From Naegleria gruberi (lineage: Eukaryota), in NCBI GenBank assembly GCA_000004985.1, contig GG738883.1: 64,000 nucleotides of DNA; one strand, written 5' to 3'. The first letter of the stretch is position 1; the number at the start of each line of letters is the position of its first letter. A program made the position numbers and the translations under genes. Below the pieces are notes generated by a model. The model worked only from the letters and a program-made list of their open reading frames with translations. It had not been told where the DNA came from and searched no databases. Positions 29,817 through 40,873 of this stretch are shown here, in pieces.

Positions 29817-32441
29817 ATGAACAATCGACAACTTCCCTCCAATTTTAACTTTTACGGGGAGACAACAACAGACTATCCCTCTGATTTTAATATGACAACA
29901 AATTTATTTGATGATTTTCTTGCTTCTTTAACTGAAACACATCTACTCACGGATAGTAATGTAAATACAAACAATAGCATGCTCCTTCCGCATAATGTAT
30001 CTTCTAATTTAATACCAACAACATCATCAACAAGTACATCATCATCGTCGACAATGTTGCCACCAATAACGGCACAAGATCTAACCGGTACTACATCTTC
30101 ACAAAACGATTCAAATTCTGGTCAACTTGTTACAAACGTTTCTCTAATTACAAATAATCAAAAATATCCATCAGGAATAATTCAAGATAATGTACATTTG
30201 TTTTTTGGTTCTCATGGTTCTTCAGATACATATAAATTGGAAGTTCAGGTAACGCCAATTGTTGATCAAATGATAATGAGTAATCAAACTAAACTTGTCA
30301 TACAAGTTAAAAGAGAAAATAGCAAGGAACTTTTGAAGAAGGCTCGTTGGGTATTGTCTTTGGAGAATAGAAAAGAAGAATGTATTTATCTCGTTCAAAA
30401 TAATAATTTTCCAAAAACAAGAAGAGGAAGAGGTATTAACGAATCTTGTTTATTTGCCTTCTCTCTGGAAAATTTACAAAATGTTCCTGAACAATTATTT
30501 CCAACATTTAAATTTCAATTTTACTCCAAGCTCATACCAGGAAGTTTCCCAACAGATTCGTTCACTGTTCCACCATCAACACAACTTTCTAGGCCAGAAG
30601 TATCCACATCCTCATCATCACCACCTACACAACAAATCATTTCCAATCCACCTATGATAGTAATGGAACAACCAAAACCTGTTATGAATAATATTCTCTT
30701 CCCAGCTTCTGCCTTTAATCAGTCAACCCAATCCTTTGATCCTATGTCACTTTTTAACTCTCTTACCGAACAATCCCAACAACAATCAGATGATCTAATT
30801 TATCAATCTTCAGGAAAAAAGAGGAAAAAGATAGAAATCTTTGAACCAAAGTTATTCTCAATCAATCCAATGTATGGAACTATTGGAAGCACTGTTGTTT
30901 TATTGGGCAATTTTAACGTTTTAAGTGAAAAAGCAGTCAAGGTCCATTTTGATCAAGTTGTTGTTGAGCATCCACATGCCGTTACGCCAAATACTATTGT
31001 TTGTACTGCTCCTGATCATGAAGATGGTAACTCTTTTGTTCAAGTTGTAGAAGAATTTGAACACTTCCAAATGAAAACTGAGCACAAAATTTTCAGATAT
31101 ATTTCACAAAGCTTCCAAATGGGTATCAACCAACTCGTCTTTAATTCAGGCCCAAGACCTTACCAATCACCACCTTCATATCTTTCTCCTGGAGCTCCAA
31201 ACACTGACTCATCTTCTAGTTCTAACTCTTATAACTCAGGGCAAATGTTTTATGATAGTCTTAGACAAAATAATTTACATAGAGCAGCTTATGATGGTGA
31301 TTTGAGGGCTGTTGTTTCAATTCTTGAAAGCAGATCATGTGATCCATTTGAATTGGACAATTTTAAGAGAAGTCCATTCCACATTGCTTGTGCTATGGGT
31401 CACTTATCAGTTGTTCAAGCATTATGGACTCATATTGTTGATATTCTTCCTGAAGAAGAGGATGAAGATGAAGACGTACTTGCATCTGTTCTCTTATATC
31501 AACAGGATAGTTTCTCAATGACACCTCTCGATTTAGCTTCAAAGATTATAGACGACAATGAACATGATGTTATTTTCTTCCTTAAAGACAAATTAGTCAC
31601 CTATCCAAACTTGAATACAAAGCTAGGTAATGGTGATCTAGTTCTAGTAGAAAACGAGGTACACGAACGTAAACTAAATCAATTGAAGCACTTATTCCCA
31701 TCCTTTGACGATTTCTTCATTAGAGAAATTCTTGAGAGATGTGGTTGGAGTGAGACAGAAGCTGCTGCTTTGGTTTTATGCCAACAATTTGAATCCAATA
31801 TCTGTGCCAAATCATCTATGACTTCTAAGGAAGTTTTCATGGTAATAGAGAAACAAAAGGCCATCAATCAACTCATTGATTTTATGAACATGTCTCCCTT
31901 CTCAACACTTTTAGCAAACAAACTTTCTAGATTCTTTGATCCAGAGAAGCATTTCGAAAATTATGAAAAGGAAATCAAACACAAGTTTTCTAAAAAGATT
32001 TACAAGATTGAAAACATTGTTCATCCCGAGCTTCAACTCAGATTCAGCCAATATATCAATCAAGAAGAAAACCCACTGATATTTATGACATTCCACGGAA
32101 CAAGTGAACAAAATGTTTCTAGTATTAAGGAACACGGTCTCTTGGTTCCTGGAAAGGGTAATGATATTAGACCAGTTAATGGTAGCGAGTATGGATTGGG
32201 TATTTACACATCATTCTCGGGTACTTCATCAATTGAGTATTGTTATGGTGGTAACAAGATGTTTGTTTGTGCTGTGTGCGTTAGGGACAAGATTGTTATA
32301 AGTGAAGATGGAAATGTTCTTGTTGTTTTTGATGAAAGATCAGTATTGCCTTGCTGGCTGATAACATTTGAAAACCGAGTTGAAAATGTTCAAGAACCTG
32401 TCAATATGAACTATAACAATAACCTTCTCAGACAAATCTAA
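29817..32441 (+). CDS. multidomain PARP-family protein (874 aa), gene A. An S/T-rich N-terminal region is followed by IPT/TIG, ankyrin repeats, a CUE domain and a C-terminal PARP catalytic-like domain.
   Basis: TIG domain: PKLFSINPMYGTIGSTVVLLGNF...IVCTAPDHEDG. ANK: LHRAAYDGDLRAVVSILE...SPFHIACAMGHLSVVQAL. CUE: LNQLKHLFPSFDDFFIREILERCGWSETEAAALVL. PARP-like: FHGTSEQNVSSIKEHGL...YGLGIYTSFSGTSSIEY...VLVVFDE. Confidence 0.75.
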   Translation: MNNRQLPSNFNFYGETTTDYPSDFNMTTNLFDDFLASLTETHLLTDSNVNTNNSMLLPHNVSSNLIPTTSSTSTSSSSTMLPPITAQDLTGTTSSQNDSNSGQLVTNVSLITNNQKYPSGIIQDNVHLFFGSHGSSDTYKLEVQVTPIVDQMIMSNQTKLVIQVKRENSKELLKKARWVLSLENRKEECIYLVQNNNFPKTRRGRGINESCLFAFSLENLQNVPEQLFPTFKFQFYSKLIPGSFPTDSFTVPPSTQLSRPEVSTSSSSPPTQQIISNPPMIVMEQPKPVMNNILFPASAFNQSTQSFDPMSLFNSLTEQSQQQSDDLIYQSSGKKRKKIEIFEPKLFSINPMYGTIGSTVVLLGNFNVLSEKAVKVHFDQVVVEHPHAVTPNTIVCTAPDHEDGNSFVQVVEEFEHFQMKTEHKIFRYISQSFQMGINQLVFNSGPRPYQSPPSYLSPGAPNTDSSSSSNSYNSGQMFYDSLRQNNLHRAAYDGDLRAVVSILESRSCDPFELDNFKRSPFHIACAMGHLSVVQALWTHIVDILPEEEDEDEDVLASVLLYQQDSFSMTPLDLASKIIDDNEHDVIFFLKDKLVTYPNLNTKLGNGDLVLVENEVHERKLNQLKHLFPSFDDFFIREILERCGWSETEAAALVLCQQFESNICAKSSMTSKEVFMVIEKQKAINQLIDFMNMSPFSTLLANKLSRFFDPEKHFENYEKEIKHKFSKKIYKIENIVHPELQLRFSQYINQEENPLIFMTFHGTSEQNVSSIKEHGLLVPGKGNDIRPVNGSEYGLGIYTSFSGTSSIEYCYGGNKMFVCAVCVRDKIVISEDGNVLVVFDERSVLPCWLITFENRVENVQEPVNMNYNNNLLRQI

Positions 32442-32770
32442 TTGTAAAATATAATTAAACAAAAGTTTATTCCATTGATCAATGGTTCATTTTCATAATA
32501 ATAATCAGTTGCTTCAGCTTTGTAATAAGCATACTTCATTTCCAATTGAATTTCGTCATTATCATCCCTTGTAGCATAGAGTTTAAATTGACCTTTGTAA
32601 CTACATTGTGGCACCTCTAACAGCTCCAAAGAGATTCATCACACCTGCACATTTAGAAACGAGTACCTTTGGTGATTATTTCTTTAAATTCTTTGGTGAG
32701 AACCTTCTGGCCGTTGCGTTCCATATTGGATAGTTCTAAATTTGATTGGTGGAATTAATTCTCCTCTTAA
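32438..32770 (-). pseudogene. 3' fragment (last ~110 codons) of a third paralog of the secreted Cys-rich (MACPF-like) family. It abuts and overlaps the stop codon of gene A.
   Basis: 32418..32670 matches 37226..37570 at >90% nucleotide identity, apart from a 95-bp indel. 32680..32760 matches 37843..37950 with deletions. The minus-strand reading ...LEVPQCSYKGQFKLYATRDDNDEIQLEMKYAYYKAEATDYYYENEP is homologous to the C-terminus of the 14278..15912 protein (...VYGCRSAAVRLFVSRNWQDEIQVSVVYSFIDD). Confidence 0.6.
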
Positions 32771-33119
32771 TGTGAAATTTCTAACATTTTTCAATTATCA
32801 TCATTTCACCATTTTCACCCATATCAATTTTATTCATATTCAATACATCTTTGTATTCGGTTCCATCATGTGGATTGGCGCCAAAATTGATAATGAAACC
32901 TTAATCAAAAAAAAATGCTCAAACATGATCACACCATGCGCTTTATTCTCTCATTGTTCAATGACGGAGATGAATTTGTTTATTTAAAAAATTAGCAATG
33001 GTGAGAAATAGTATCTGAATTTGGTGGGAATTCTAATAATTTATTACTTTGGTTAAATCGTGATGAATGGTGACCAACATTGATCCAGCTGTCAGCATTT
33101 CTAGATTCTTCATAAAAAA

Positions 33120-36100
33120 ATGGCAGATTTTCAGAAGGCGTTTTATGCTGCGAGAGACGGCAAAATTGATGAATTTAATAATTATTTTAATGAACAAGAT
33201 GTTAATAATAAATCACAGTATGGTCAAACCATGTTGTGGGTTGCTTGCTTCAACGGACATTTAGAAATTGTTAAATTATTATTATCATGTAAAACAATTG
33301 ATGTTAATTTGGGAGTAAGTATTTAATATTTAATGTAATTTTATATTTATAATATTAGAATGTAAGTATTTAATATTATTTTTATTTATATTTATAATAT
33401 TAGAGAGTAAGTATTTTAATATTTAATTTTATTTATAATATTAGGATGTAAGTATTTAATATTTAATTTTATTTATATATTTAATATTAGTCACCATTAT
33501 ACACTGCTTGCCAAAATGGACATTTAGAAATTGTTAAATTATTATTATCATGTAAAACAATTGATGTTAATTTGACTGTAAGTTTAATATTTAATGTAAT
33601 TTTATATTTATAATATTAGGATGTAAGTATTTAATATTTAATATTATTTATATTTATAATAATAGTATGTAAGCATTTTAATATTTAATATTATTTATAT
33701 TTATAATATTAGAGAGTAAGTATTTAATATTTAATTTAATTTTATACTTTTAATTAGGATGTAAGTTAAATATTAAATATTATTTATATTTATAATATTA
33801 GTATGTAAGTATTTTAATATTAATTTTATTTATATATATAATATTAGTCACCATTATACATTGCTTGCCGATATGGATATTTAGAAATTATTAAACAATT
33901 ACTTCAACATCCAAATATTGAAATAGATAGCACATTGTCAGTGAATGGAATTAATATTCAAACAATTAAAAGTAACATGGAAAAAGAACAACAACAAATA
34001 TTAAAAGAACAATTAGAACAAGAAGAGTTTAAACAACTAGAAGTGGAAAGATTAGAAAGAGACAGAATTAAAAAATTAGAAATGGAAAGATTAGAAAGAG
34101 AAAGAATTGAAAAGGAACATTTACTAAAAATAGAAAGAGAAAGATTAGAACGAAAAGAATTGGAGAAAAAACAACCATTCATAATCACATCTGAAACATT
34201 TTCAAAATTATGTTCACTCAACCAACAAATTGATAATAATAGAAGAAAAATTGAAAAACAATTTGAATCAATTCAATCATTTTTTTCTTCTATTCAAATT
34301 AAGAAAGAATTTGAAGATGAATATTTAACAATTTGTGATAATTTAAATAATTGTTGTAATTTAATTGACAAATTAACAAGTAATAATTATAATATTGAAA
34401 ATAACGAACATTTGTTAAATATTAATAATTTGATGAATAATATTAGAACTATATTGGAATTTATTAATAATCAAAAATACTTATTTAAATTACAATCTTA
34501 TTCAGAAGTATTAAAAGACAAATTACAATTATTTAATGAATTTAATTCTCAATTTATTAAACAAGAATTATTTGACAATATTGAAATGAGTGAACAATCT
34601 ATTAAGAATATAAAAAGTATTAATATAGTTCCAACTCATAATAAATTTAGAAATGAAACTAAAACAACATTACAACAAGTTACAAAACAATTATCAAATA
34701 TTGTTAACTCAATCAATAATTGTAATGAAATTGATTTGTCACAATTTTCAAATAATTTACAAAAAGCAATGGAATTATCAGAACAAGAAGAATTATATTT
34801 AAATAATATATTGTCAAATTGTAAAGTATTAATTTCAGACAATGATCAAATGAATATTTTACAATTATTTAATTTTTATCAAACACAAGAATTAAATTGT
34901 AAATTATTAATTCAAGAAACAATTCCATATATAATTGAAAAATATGAAATGTTACAAAATATTATAAATATTATGGATGATTATTCAAATTTATCAGAAC
35001 AATTTAAAACTATTCAAAGACAAAAAACAAAAATTACAAGAAATTTACATATTGTAAATCTAGATATTGAAGGATTAAAAGATGAATTGAAACATGTCAA
35101 TAATGACGATGAAATTAAAGATGAAATTCAAACTAAAGAAAAGAATTTAATTGAATTAAAATCTAATTTGAAGGAAAATATTCAAAAGTTAAATGAAATT
35201 AAAATGAAATTTCTTCAATTAAAAACAATTGGATTTGATATTAAATCAAACATGACAAGTGATTTATTATCTAATTTAAATATTAATGAAATGACACCTG
35301 AAATGTTTAAAGAAATTAAACCAATTCAAAATTGGAATGGAAATCATAATGTTTTTATTGGAATTGATTTAAATGATAAAAAACATATAATTAAACAATA
35401 TAATTTAAAAGATAAGAAATCAATTGAAGGTTTAGAAAAGGAATTGAAAATAACAAACAAATTAAAGCACGCAAATATTATTGAAATTGAAGGAATTTAC
35501 ACTGAAGCTGATAACAAACACAGTACCACTAATGTATTTATTGTAATGCCATATTATTCAAATGGAAATTTGAAAGAATTTATTCAAACTAAAAGAAATC
35601 ATCAAAGTAATACTTTAAATTTATTATTTTGGGAAAGAACATGGAGACAATTATTAATTGGAATTCAACATGTACATTCCAGAGGTGTTATTCATTGTGA
35701 TATAAAACCAGAGAATATATTTGTTGGTGATAAAGATGAATCAACAGAATATTATCCAATTATTTTAGGTGATTTTGATATTAGTTTAGATATAACAAGT
35801 AGAACAATGAATTTATTCACAAGAACAAGTGGAATTGCTGGTACATTAGATTATTTATCACCTGAACTAGTGAATGGAAAAACATCAGCAACATTTAGAT
35901 CTGACATGTTTGCATTTGGTAAAACAATTCAAAATTGTATGACAGATCAAGAATTGAAACAATTCAAATCATTGAATAATTTATGTGAAGAGTGTTTGAA
36001 TTCAGATGTAAATTTGAGACCATTTGCATCTGATGCACTTGCAAATGAATTCTTTATGAAAGAAACATTATTAGATGAAGTTAAAATTCAGAAACATGTT

Positions 36101-37113
36101 CAATTAATCGAAAATCAATCAAAAGAATTGAAAGATTATCACAATCAATTGAATGAATTTGAATTGAAAATGAAAAAAAATCATGAAAATTTGAAAACTG
36201 AAATTTTAAATCTAGAAAAGGAAAAGAAACAATTTTCAAATTCAAAGCAAAGGAAAACGAAGAAATTTCAAAGAAATTACAAAATTTGAAACAAAAAGAA
36301 ATTGAAATTGAGAAAATGGAAAAGGAAATTAAAGAATCAAAATCCAAACAATTAACAATATCACTTCCAGGTTATTGGAAAAGAAACACATTCCCAAGCT
36401 ATTCGAAAAGATATTACACTGTTGATGTTACACAATATTTAAAAGATACAATGCAAGAAATTATGAATGCATCCTGTAATTCTGCAACACTTGGATCTGG
36501 AAGAGATCAAGTATCAAGAATTATGTATTCTAAATTGATTGTTTCCAGTGTTTCAAGAATTGAAAATTCAACACTTTTCACTTCATTCAAATCAAGAATG
36601 AATCAGTTAATTTCATATCAAGATTCAATTAATTCACTCCAAGTTCAGACTGAAAATATTTCAAAAACATCAAAAACATTTGAATGGATGAAAACAATTG
36701 GATTGAATTCTAATATGAATGAAAAATATTTATGGCATGGAACAAAACCTGAATTTGTGAATACAATTGCAGAACATGGATTCGATGAAAGAGTTGCAAA
36801 TTTAAATGGATTATTTGGAGCAGGTATTTATTTTGCAGAATATTGTTCAAAGAGTGATCAATATTGTACGCCTGATCATTCCAATGAATTTACTCTATTA
36901 TTATGTAGAGTTGTAATGGGAAGACAAATTCATTTCACAAAACAAGTGATGAATAATCAGAGAAGACCACCTGAAATTTCAGGAAGTAATAATAGAGTTT
37001 ATGATAGTGTTATTGGTCAATCAAATACTTCAACTAATTCATATAGAGAATTCATTGTCTATGATAAATGTCAATGTTATCCTGAATTTATAATTAAATA
37101 CAAGAGACAATAA
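33120..37113 (+). CDS. gene B: ankyrin repeats + long coiled coil + Ser/Thr protein kinase domain + coiled coil + PARP catalytic domain. Exons are 33120..33314, 33491..33577 and 33848..36289, with introns 33315..33490 and 33578..33847. There is a single-base frame break near 36254-36257, after which the ORF continues to 37113.
   Basis: AAAAAAATG start. Exon-1 ANK: MLWVACFNGHLEIVKLLLSCKTIDVNLG|GTAAGT. Exon 2: SPLYTACQNGHLEIVKLLLSCKTIDVNLT. Exon 3: SPLYIACRYGYLEIIKQLL..., in frame with ORF 33935..36289. Kinase motifs: HCDIKPENIF, GDFDIS, GTLDYLSPE. PARP motifs: LWHGTKPEFV, GAGIYFAEY, YREFIVYD (an H-Y-E triad). Restoring one A in the A-run at 36254-36257 joins the kinase ORF to the PARP ORF through a continuous coiled coil (...SNSKQKENEEISKKLQNLKQKEIEIEKMEKE...). 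Confidence 0.7.
33315..33490 (+). repeat. intron 1 of gene B: a tandem array of about 4 mini-intron-like units of ~45 bp each (GTAAGTATTTAATATT...TTTATAATATTAG)
   Basis: Direct reading shows repeated GTAAGT...ATATTAG units separated by 3-4 nt. Confidence 0.8.
33578..33847 (+). repeat. intron 2 of gene B: a tandem array of about 6 mini-intron-like units of ~45 bp each. The flanking exons 2 and 3 are diverged duplicates of the exon-1 ankyrin cassette.
   Basis: As above. In addition, 33262..33314 and 33521..33577 are nearly identical at the nucleotide level. Confidence 0.8.
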
Positions 37114-37342
37114 GGAATCAATCAAAGAATTACCAATTTCACTCCCGATGTGAGAATTAGTTATAGAAACCTGTTGTAGAGATTACTACCATAAATCAGT
37201 AACTCTCAGGATCCGGACTATTGCAATAACCTTCTCAGACAACTCTAAATATAATTAAAACAAAAGTTTATTCCATTAAGTAAGGACATGAGCACTCATG
37301 TTTACAACAATACAACCACCTTCCTTTCTCTTTTCACTTACA

Positions 37343-38831
37343 TTACATGCTTTCCTCTTGGTAGACATAATTTGGTTCATTTTCATAATAATAATCAGTT
37401 GTTGCTTCAGATTTGTAATAAGCATACTTCATTTCCAATTGAATTTCGTCATTATCATCCCTTGTAGCATAGAGTTTAAATTGACCTTTGTAACTACATT
37501 GTGGCACCTCTAACAGCTCCAAAGAGATTCACCACACCTTGCACATTTAGAAACGAGTACCTTTGGTGTGCTACTTCTTCTAATCATGATATCTTTGTAA
37601 TAAGAATAGTGCATGCAGGTCTTTGACTTCCTGACTTGCAACGAATTCCATTCTTTCCAGCTCGGCAAATATTTTGTGAAAAATCTTGATATCCACATGG
37701 ACTTTGTTGTAAGAAAACTTTCAATAGAATTGGTTGAGATGTTTGTTTGGTTATCATATTTTCTATTCTTTGAATTCTTCTTTCCTTTTTAGCAACAGAT
37801 TTTTCCATGCACTTTTTGTAGGCGATTTTAAGATTTCTTCTTTGATGAGAACCGTCTGGCATTGCTTCCCATATTGGAATAGTTCTAAATTTGATTGGTG
37901 AAGGATTTTTCACAAAAGATGTAATTCTCCTCTTAATGTGTGAAATTTCTGGATTTCCTCCAATAATATCTCTGGCAGCAATCTTTGAATATTTCAAAAA
38001 AGTTGCTAGAATTGGGAGATTTTCAGTTGAGTTTGTTGATTGAATGAAGTTTTGCAGCATAACTAACAGCTTTCTCTCTCGAATAACAAGATCTGGTAAT
38101 ACTGGTTTGTCCAACAATTCCTCCATAATAAGTTTGAGTCATGACTCTTTCTCCAAAATACTTAATAACCATACTATAAACAGAATAAGAATATTTCGCT
38201 GGTAATCTGTGGAAATTTCTCTGAAATTCATCACTGAATGTTAAATTTCTATGACTTCCAACTGAATAATACATATATTTGGTATCAATGGAATGAATTA
38301 AAGTCTCAGATTTGAAAAGTTTGTGATAGGTTTGAGAAGCACTTTCAAAAGTATCTGAATATAATGTGGCCGTCAATGTGCTTGCATTAAAGTTATAGAA
38401 ATGATTGTAGAACCTTCTTGGACTTTTGAATTGTTTATCCTTTGTGTCCACAATTGGAGTTTCCAAAACTTTAACATAGATTTGAGAACTTGTAATTTAA
38501 CTTCATGATCCAAAACTGAGTATCCATAACCTGAAATGATGTTGGACAAATCAACGGCTGGAGCTGAAGAAACTTTCTTGGATTTTGTTAGAGAATTCAA
38601 TGCCATTTCTTCCACTTTTATCGAGCAAACATGTTTCATTTGTTTAATTCTCTTCTTAATCTTTGGACATGTCTTAATGAGAGCATTATTGAGCATATCA
38701 TACCAATTAATAAGGAGCATGGTGCAAGATTTAATTAAACTCCCTGGTGGAAAGATTCTAGTCAGGAACAATGAACTTTGTTTGTACCTTTGTAAATTTA
38801 AAAATAAAAAATTCCAACTGTAAAAAAACAA
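37343..38831 (-). pseudogene. second paralog of the secreted Cys-rich (MACPF-like) family. It is colinear with the 14278..15912 protein but split into 5 reading-frame segments. It has no signal-peptide exon, so it is either a pseudogene or an intact gene obscured by homopolymer miscalls.
   Basis: Segment by segment, the ORFs 38831-38373, 38466-38023, 38126-37584 and 37698-37510 and the terminal exon to 37343 align to the intact paralog. Matching blocks include SGYGYSVLDHEVKLQVL, FYNHFYNFNASTLTATLYSDT, YYGGIVGQTSI, FLKYSKIAARDIIGGNPEIS, IMIRRSSTPKVLVSKC and DEIQLEMKYAYY. Each of the four frame changes is repaired by +/-1 nt in a 3-4 nt A or T run (near 38485, 38045, 37600 and 37545) without any length change in the alignment. 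Confidence 0.6.
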
Positions 38832-38832
38832 A

Positions 38833-39219
38833 ATGTGTGGATTAGTTCGTTATGGATTTTATCGAGCAGGAAAGGTGAAATTCACCAATGATCCGAAATT
38901 AGCTGCTAAACATCGAAGTATTTGGTTGCGAGAGGATGACAATTCGACGATTGTTTCACAAGCAAATGATGAGAAGCAAAGAAGATCATATTCGAAAAAG
39001 AATATTCGAAAGCAGTATGAAAGAGCTTCCAGTAGAGGAGAAACTGAACAGGTAGGATTGACCATTGATAAAATGGAATTTGGATTGGAAAAACAAGTTT
39101 ATAATGAATTGAAGGACAAGTTTTACAATACTAAAACTGTAAGAAATGGAAAGAATCATAAAAAATGGCATAGAAATCATAGAGATTGTTATTCGAATAG
39201 AGAAGTAGTTTATGAGTAA
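38833..39219 (+). CDS. small basic hypothetical protein (128 aa)
   Basis: ATG in an AAACAAAATG context. K/R-rich. No recognised domain. Confidence 0.35.
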   Translation: MCGLVRYGFYRAGKVKFTNDPKLAAKHRSIWLREDDNSTIVSQANDEKQRRSYSKKNIRKQYERASSRGETEQVGLTIDKMEFGLEKQVYNELKDKFYNTKTVRNGKNHKKWHRNHRDCYSNREVVYE

Positions 39220-39571
39220 TTGAATAAAATCACTCAAAATGAAACACTTTTTAAACGTGGCATTCACTGAAAGATACTCAAAACGAAACTGAATTGGGGT
39301 TAAAACAGCTTTGAAATACCATTTGCCATTGGTGTAAACAGGTTTATTCCTTATCTAATTAAGTTTTTCTGTAATTTCATGGTAAAAAAGAAGCCTCCTG
39401 TGAAGTAGAGCCAACAGTTTCTCAAAACCTTTTCCAGATATTGCTTAAATCAAAGCTTTGACATTAGAATTTGAACAAATTGTTCAAAATTAGAGACGAC
39501 ACAAGAGCAAGCTTGTATTTGGGAGTTACTTTCGAAAACAATTAAGAGTTTGATGAAGGAAAAATTAACAC

Positions 39572-40873
39572 TTAAATGAAAATACTATCATGGAATATTT
39601 TGATTAAACGATTAGCAACCTCATCACAAATGTTATTTCCAGAAATATCAAAACTGGTCAATTGTTTCAAATCACTAAAATAAAGAGCTCCTTCATCACT
39701 AATACTATTGCAATTAATATCAAGATTGGTCAACCATTTCATATCGCCTATGTGTCTAGCTCCTTCATCTCCAAGATTATTTCTATGAATGGAGAGATGA
39801 GCTAGTTTATCCAATCCACTAACATATTGAGATCCTTGTTGACCAATATTATTAATAGAAATATCAAGAAAAGTTAATAATTTCAATTCTCTTATAAATT
39901 TAACTCCAATAGCACTAATACTATTAGAAGAGATACTAAGTTTGGTCAATTTTGTCAAACCACTTAGATAAGTGGCTCCTTCATCACCAATTCTACAACT
40001 ATTAATGTTAAGTTTGGTCAACTGTTTCATTTCACCTATATATTTTGCTCCTCCAGGACCAAAAGAAATACCAAATATATCAAGATCGGTCACTTGTGGC
40101 AGTTCATTTATAAATTTTACTCCTTCTTCATGAATTCCATTCTTAGCAATAGCTAAACTTGTTAAGTGTTTTAATTTACCAACATGAAATGCTCCTTTAT
40201 CACCAATATTAATGTTATTAACATTTAAACTGGTCAATTGTTTCATTTTAATGATATCTTCAAATGCAATATTTCCAATATCATTTCCGTTAATATTAAG
40301 ACTAGTCAACTTCCTCATATTGGTAATATATTTGAGACAATTCATACCAAATCTATTTTTACTTATAACAAGATTTGTTAATTGTTCCAATTTACTTATA
40401 TGCATAACTCCATAATTACCAATACTATTATCAGAAACATTAAGATAAGTCAACTGTTTCAATTTACTTATTGGTTCCACTATTGAATCAGTTATCAAAC
40501 TCTTAGATATGTCAAGACTAATCAATTGATCCAATGAAATTAAATATTTAGACATTTCTACAAAATTAATTTTTGAAATTCGAAGATCAGTTAATGATTT
40601 CATCATGATCAACTTGTTGTAAGTTTCAGAGTTTCCCCATCTAGTCATCGTCAGAGTTTTAATATTTTGTAAAAATTGACCAGCTATTCTGTCCATTCTT
40701 GCACCTTTACATTTCAAGTAAAGATGATGACATGTCGATAACACCACATTGAACCACTGTTTTGAAACCAATGAACAATTCATGACAATAAATTTAAAAT
40801 CATCATGAAAGGATAAAATTTCATAAATTACATCATCAGGAAATGTTTCTACTACTGGGAGTTGTTGAGACAT
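39572..40873 (-). CDS. F-box-like + RNI-type leucine-rich-repeat protein (about 433 aa from MSQQLPVVETFPDD...)
   Basis: The ATG at 40873 sits in an ATAAAAATG context. FPDDVIYEILSF...NCSLVSKQWFNVVL resembles the 7439..7927 N-terminus. There are at least 14 LRRs of the 24-28-aa ribonuclease-inhibitor type (LTSLNINGNDIGNIAFEDI...). Confidence 0.7.
   Translation of the reverse strand: MSQQLPVVETFPDDVIYEILSFHDDFKFIVMNCSLVSKQWFNVVLSTCHHLYLKCKGARMDRIAGQFLQNIKTLTMTRWGNSETYNKLIMMKSLTDLRISKINFVEMSKYLISLDQLISLDISKSLITDSIVEPISKLKQLTYLNVSDNSIGNYGVMHISKLEQLTNLVISKNRFGMNCLKYITNMRKLTSLNINGNDIGNIAFEDIIKMKQLTSLNVNNINIGDKGAFHVGKLKHLTSLAIAKNGIHEEGVKFINELPQVTDLDIFGISFGPGGAKYIGEMKQLTKLNINSCRIGDEGATYLSGLTKLTKLSISSNSISAIGVKFIRELKLLTFLDISINNIGQQGSQYVSGLDKLAHLSIHRNNLGDEGARHIGDMKWLTNLDINCNSISDEGALYFSDLKQLTSFDISGNNICDEVANRLIKIFHDSIFI

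Noticed and set aside
32438-32629. Treating the 63-aa minus-strand ORF (MELLEVPQCSYKG...) as an independent small gene
   Set aside because: It has no ATG (its 'M' is TTG). It is homologous to the C-terminal exon of the Cys-rich secreted family and is duplicated at 37343..37560. It is therefore a paralog fragment, not a separate gene.
33958-36347. Minus-strand ORFs 33958..34221, 34636..34842 and 36081..36347 inside gene B
   Set aside because: They are antisense to the coiled-coil/kinase exon, with S/N/L low-complexity translations.
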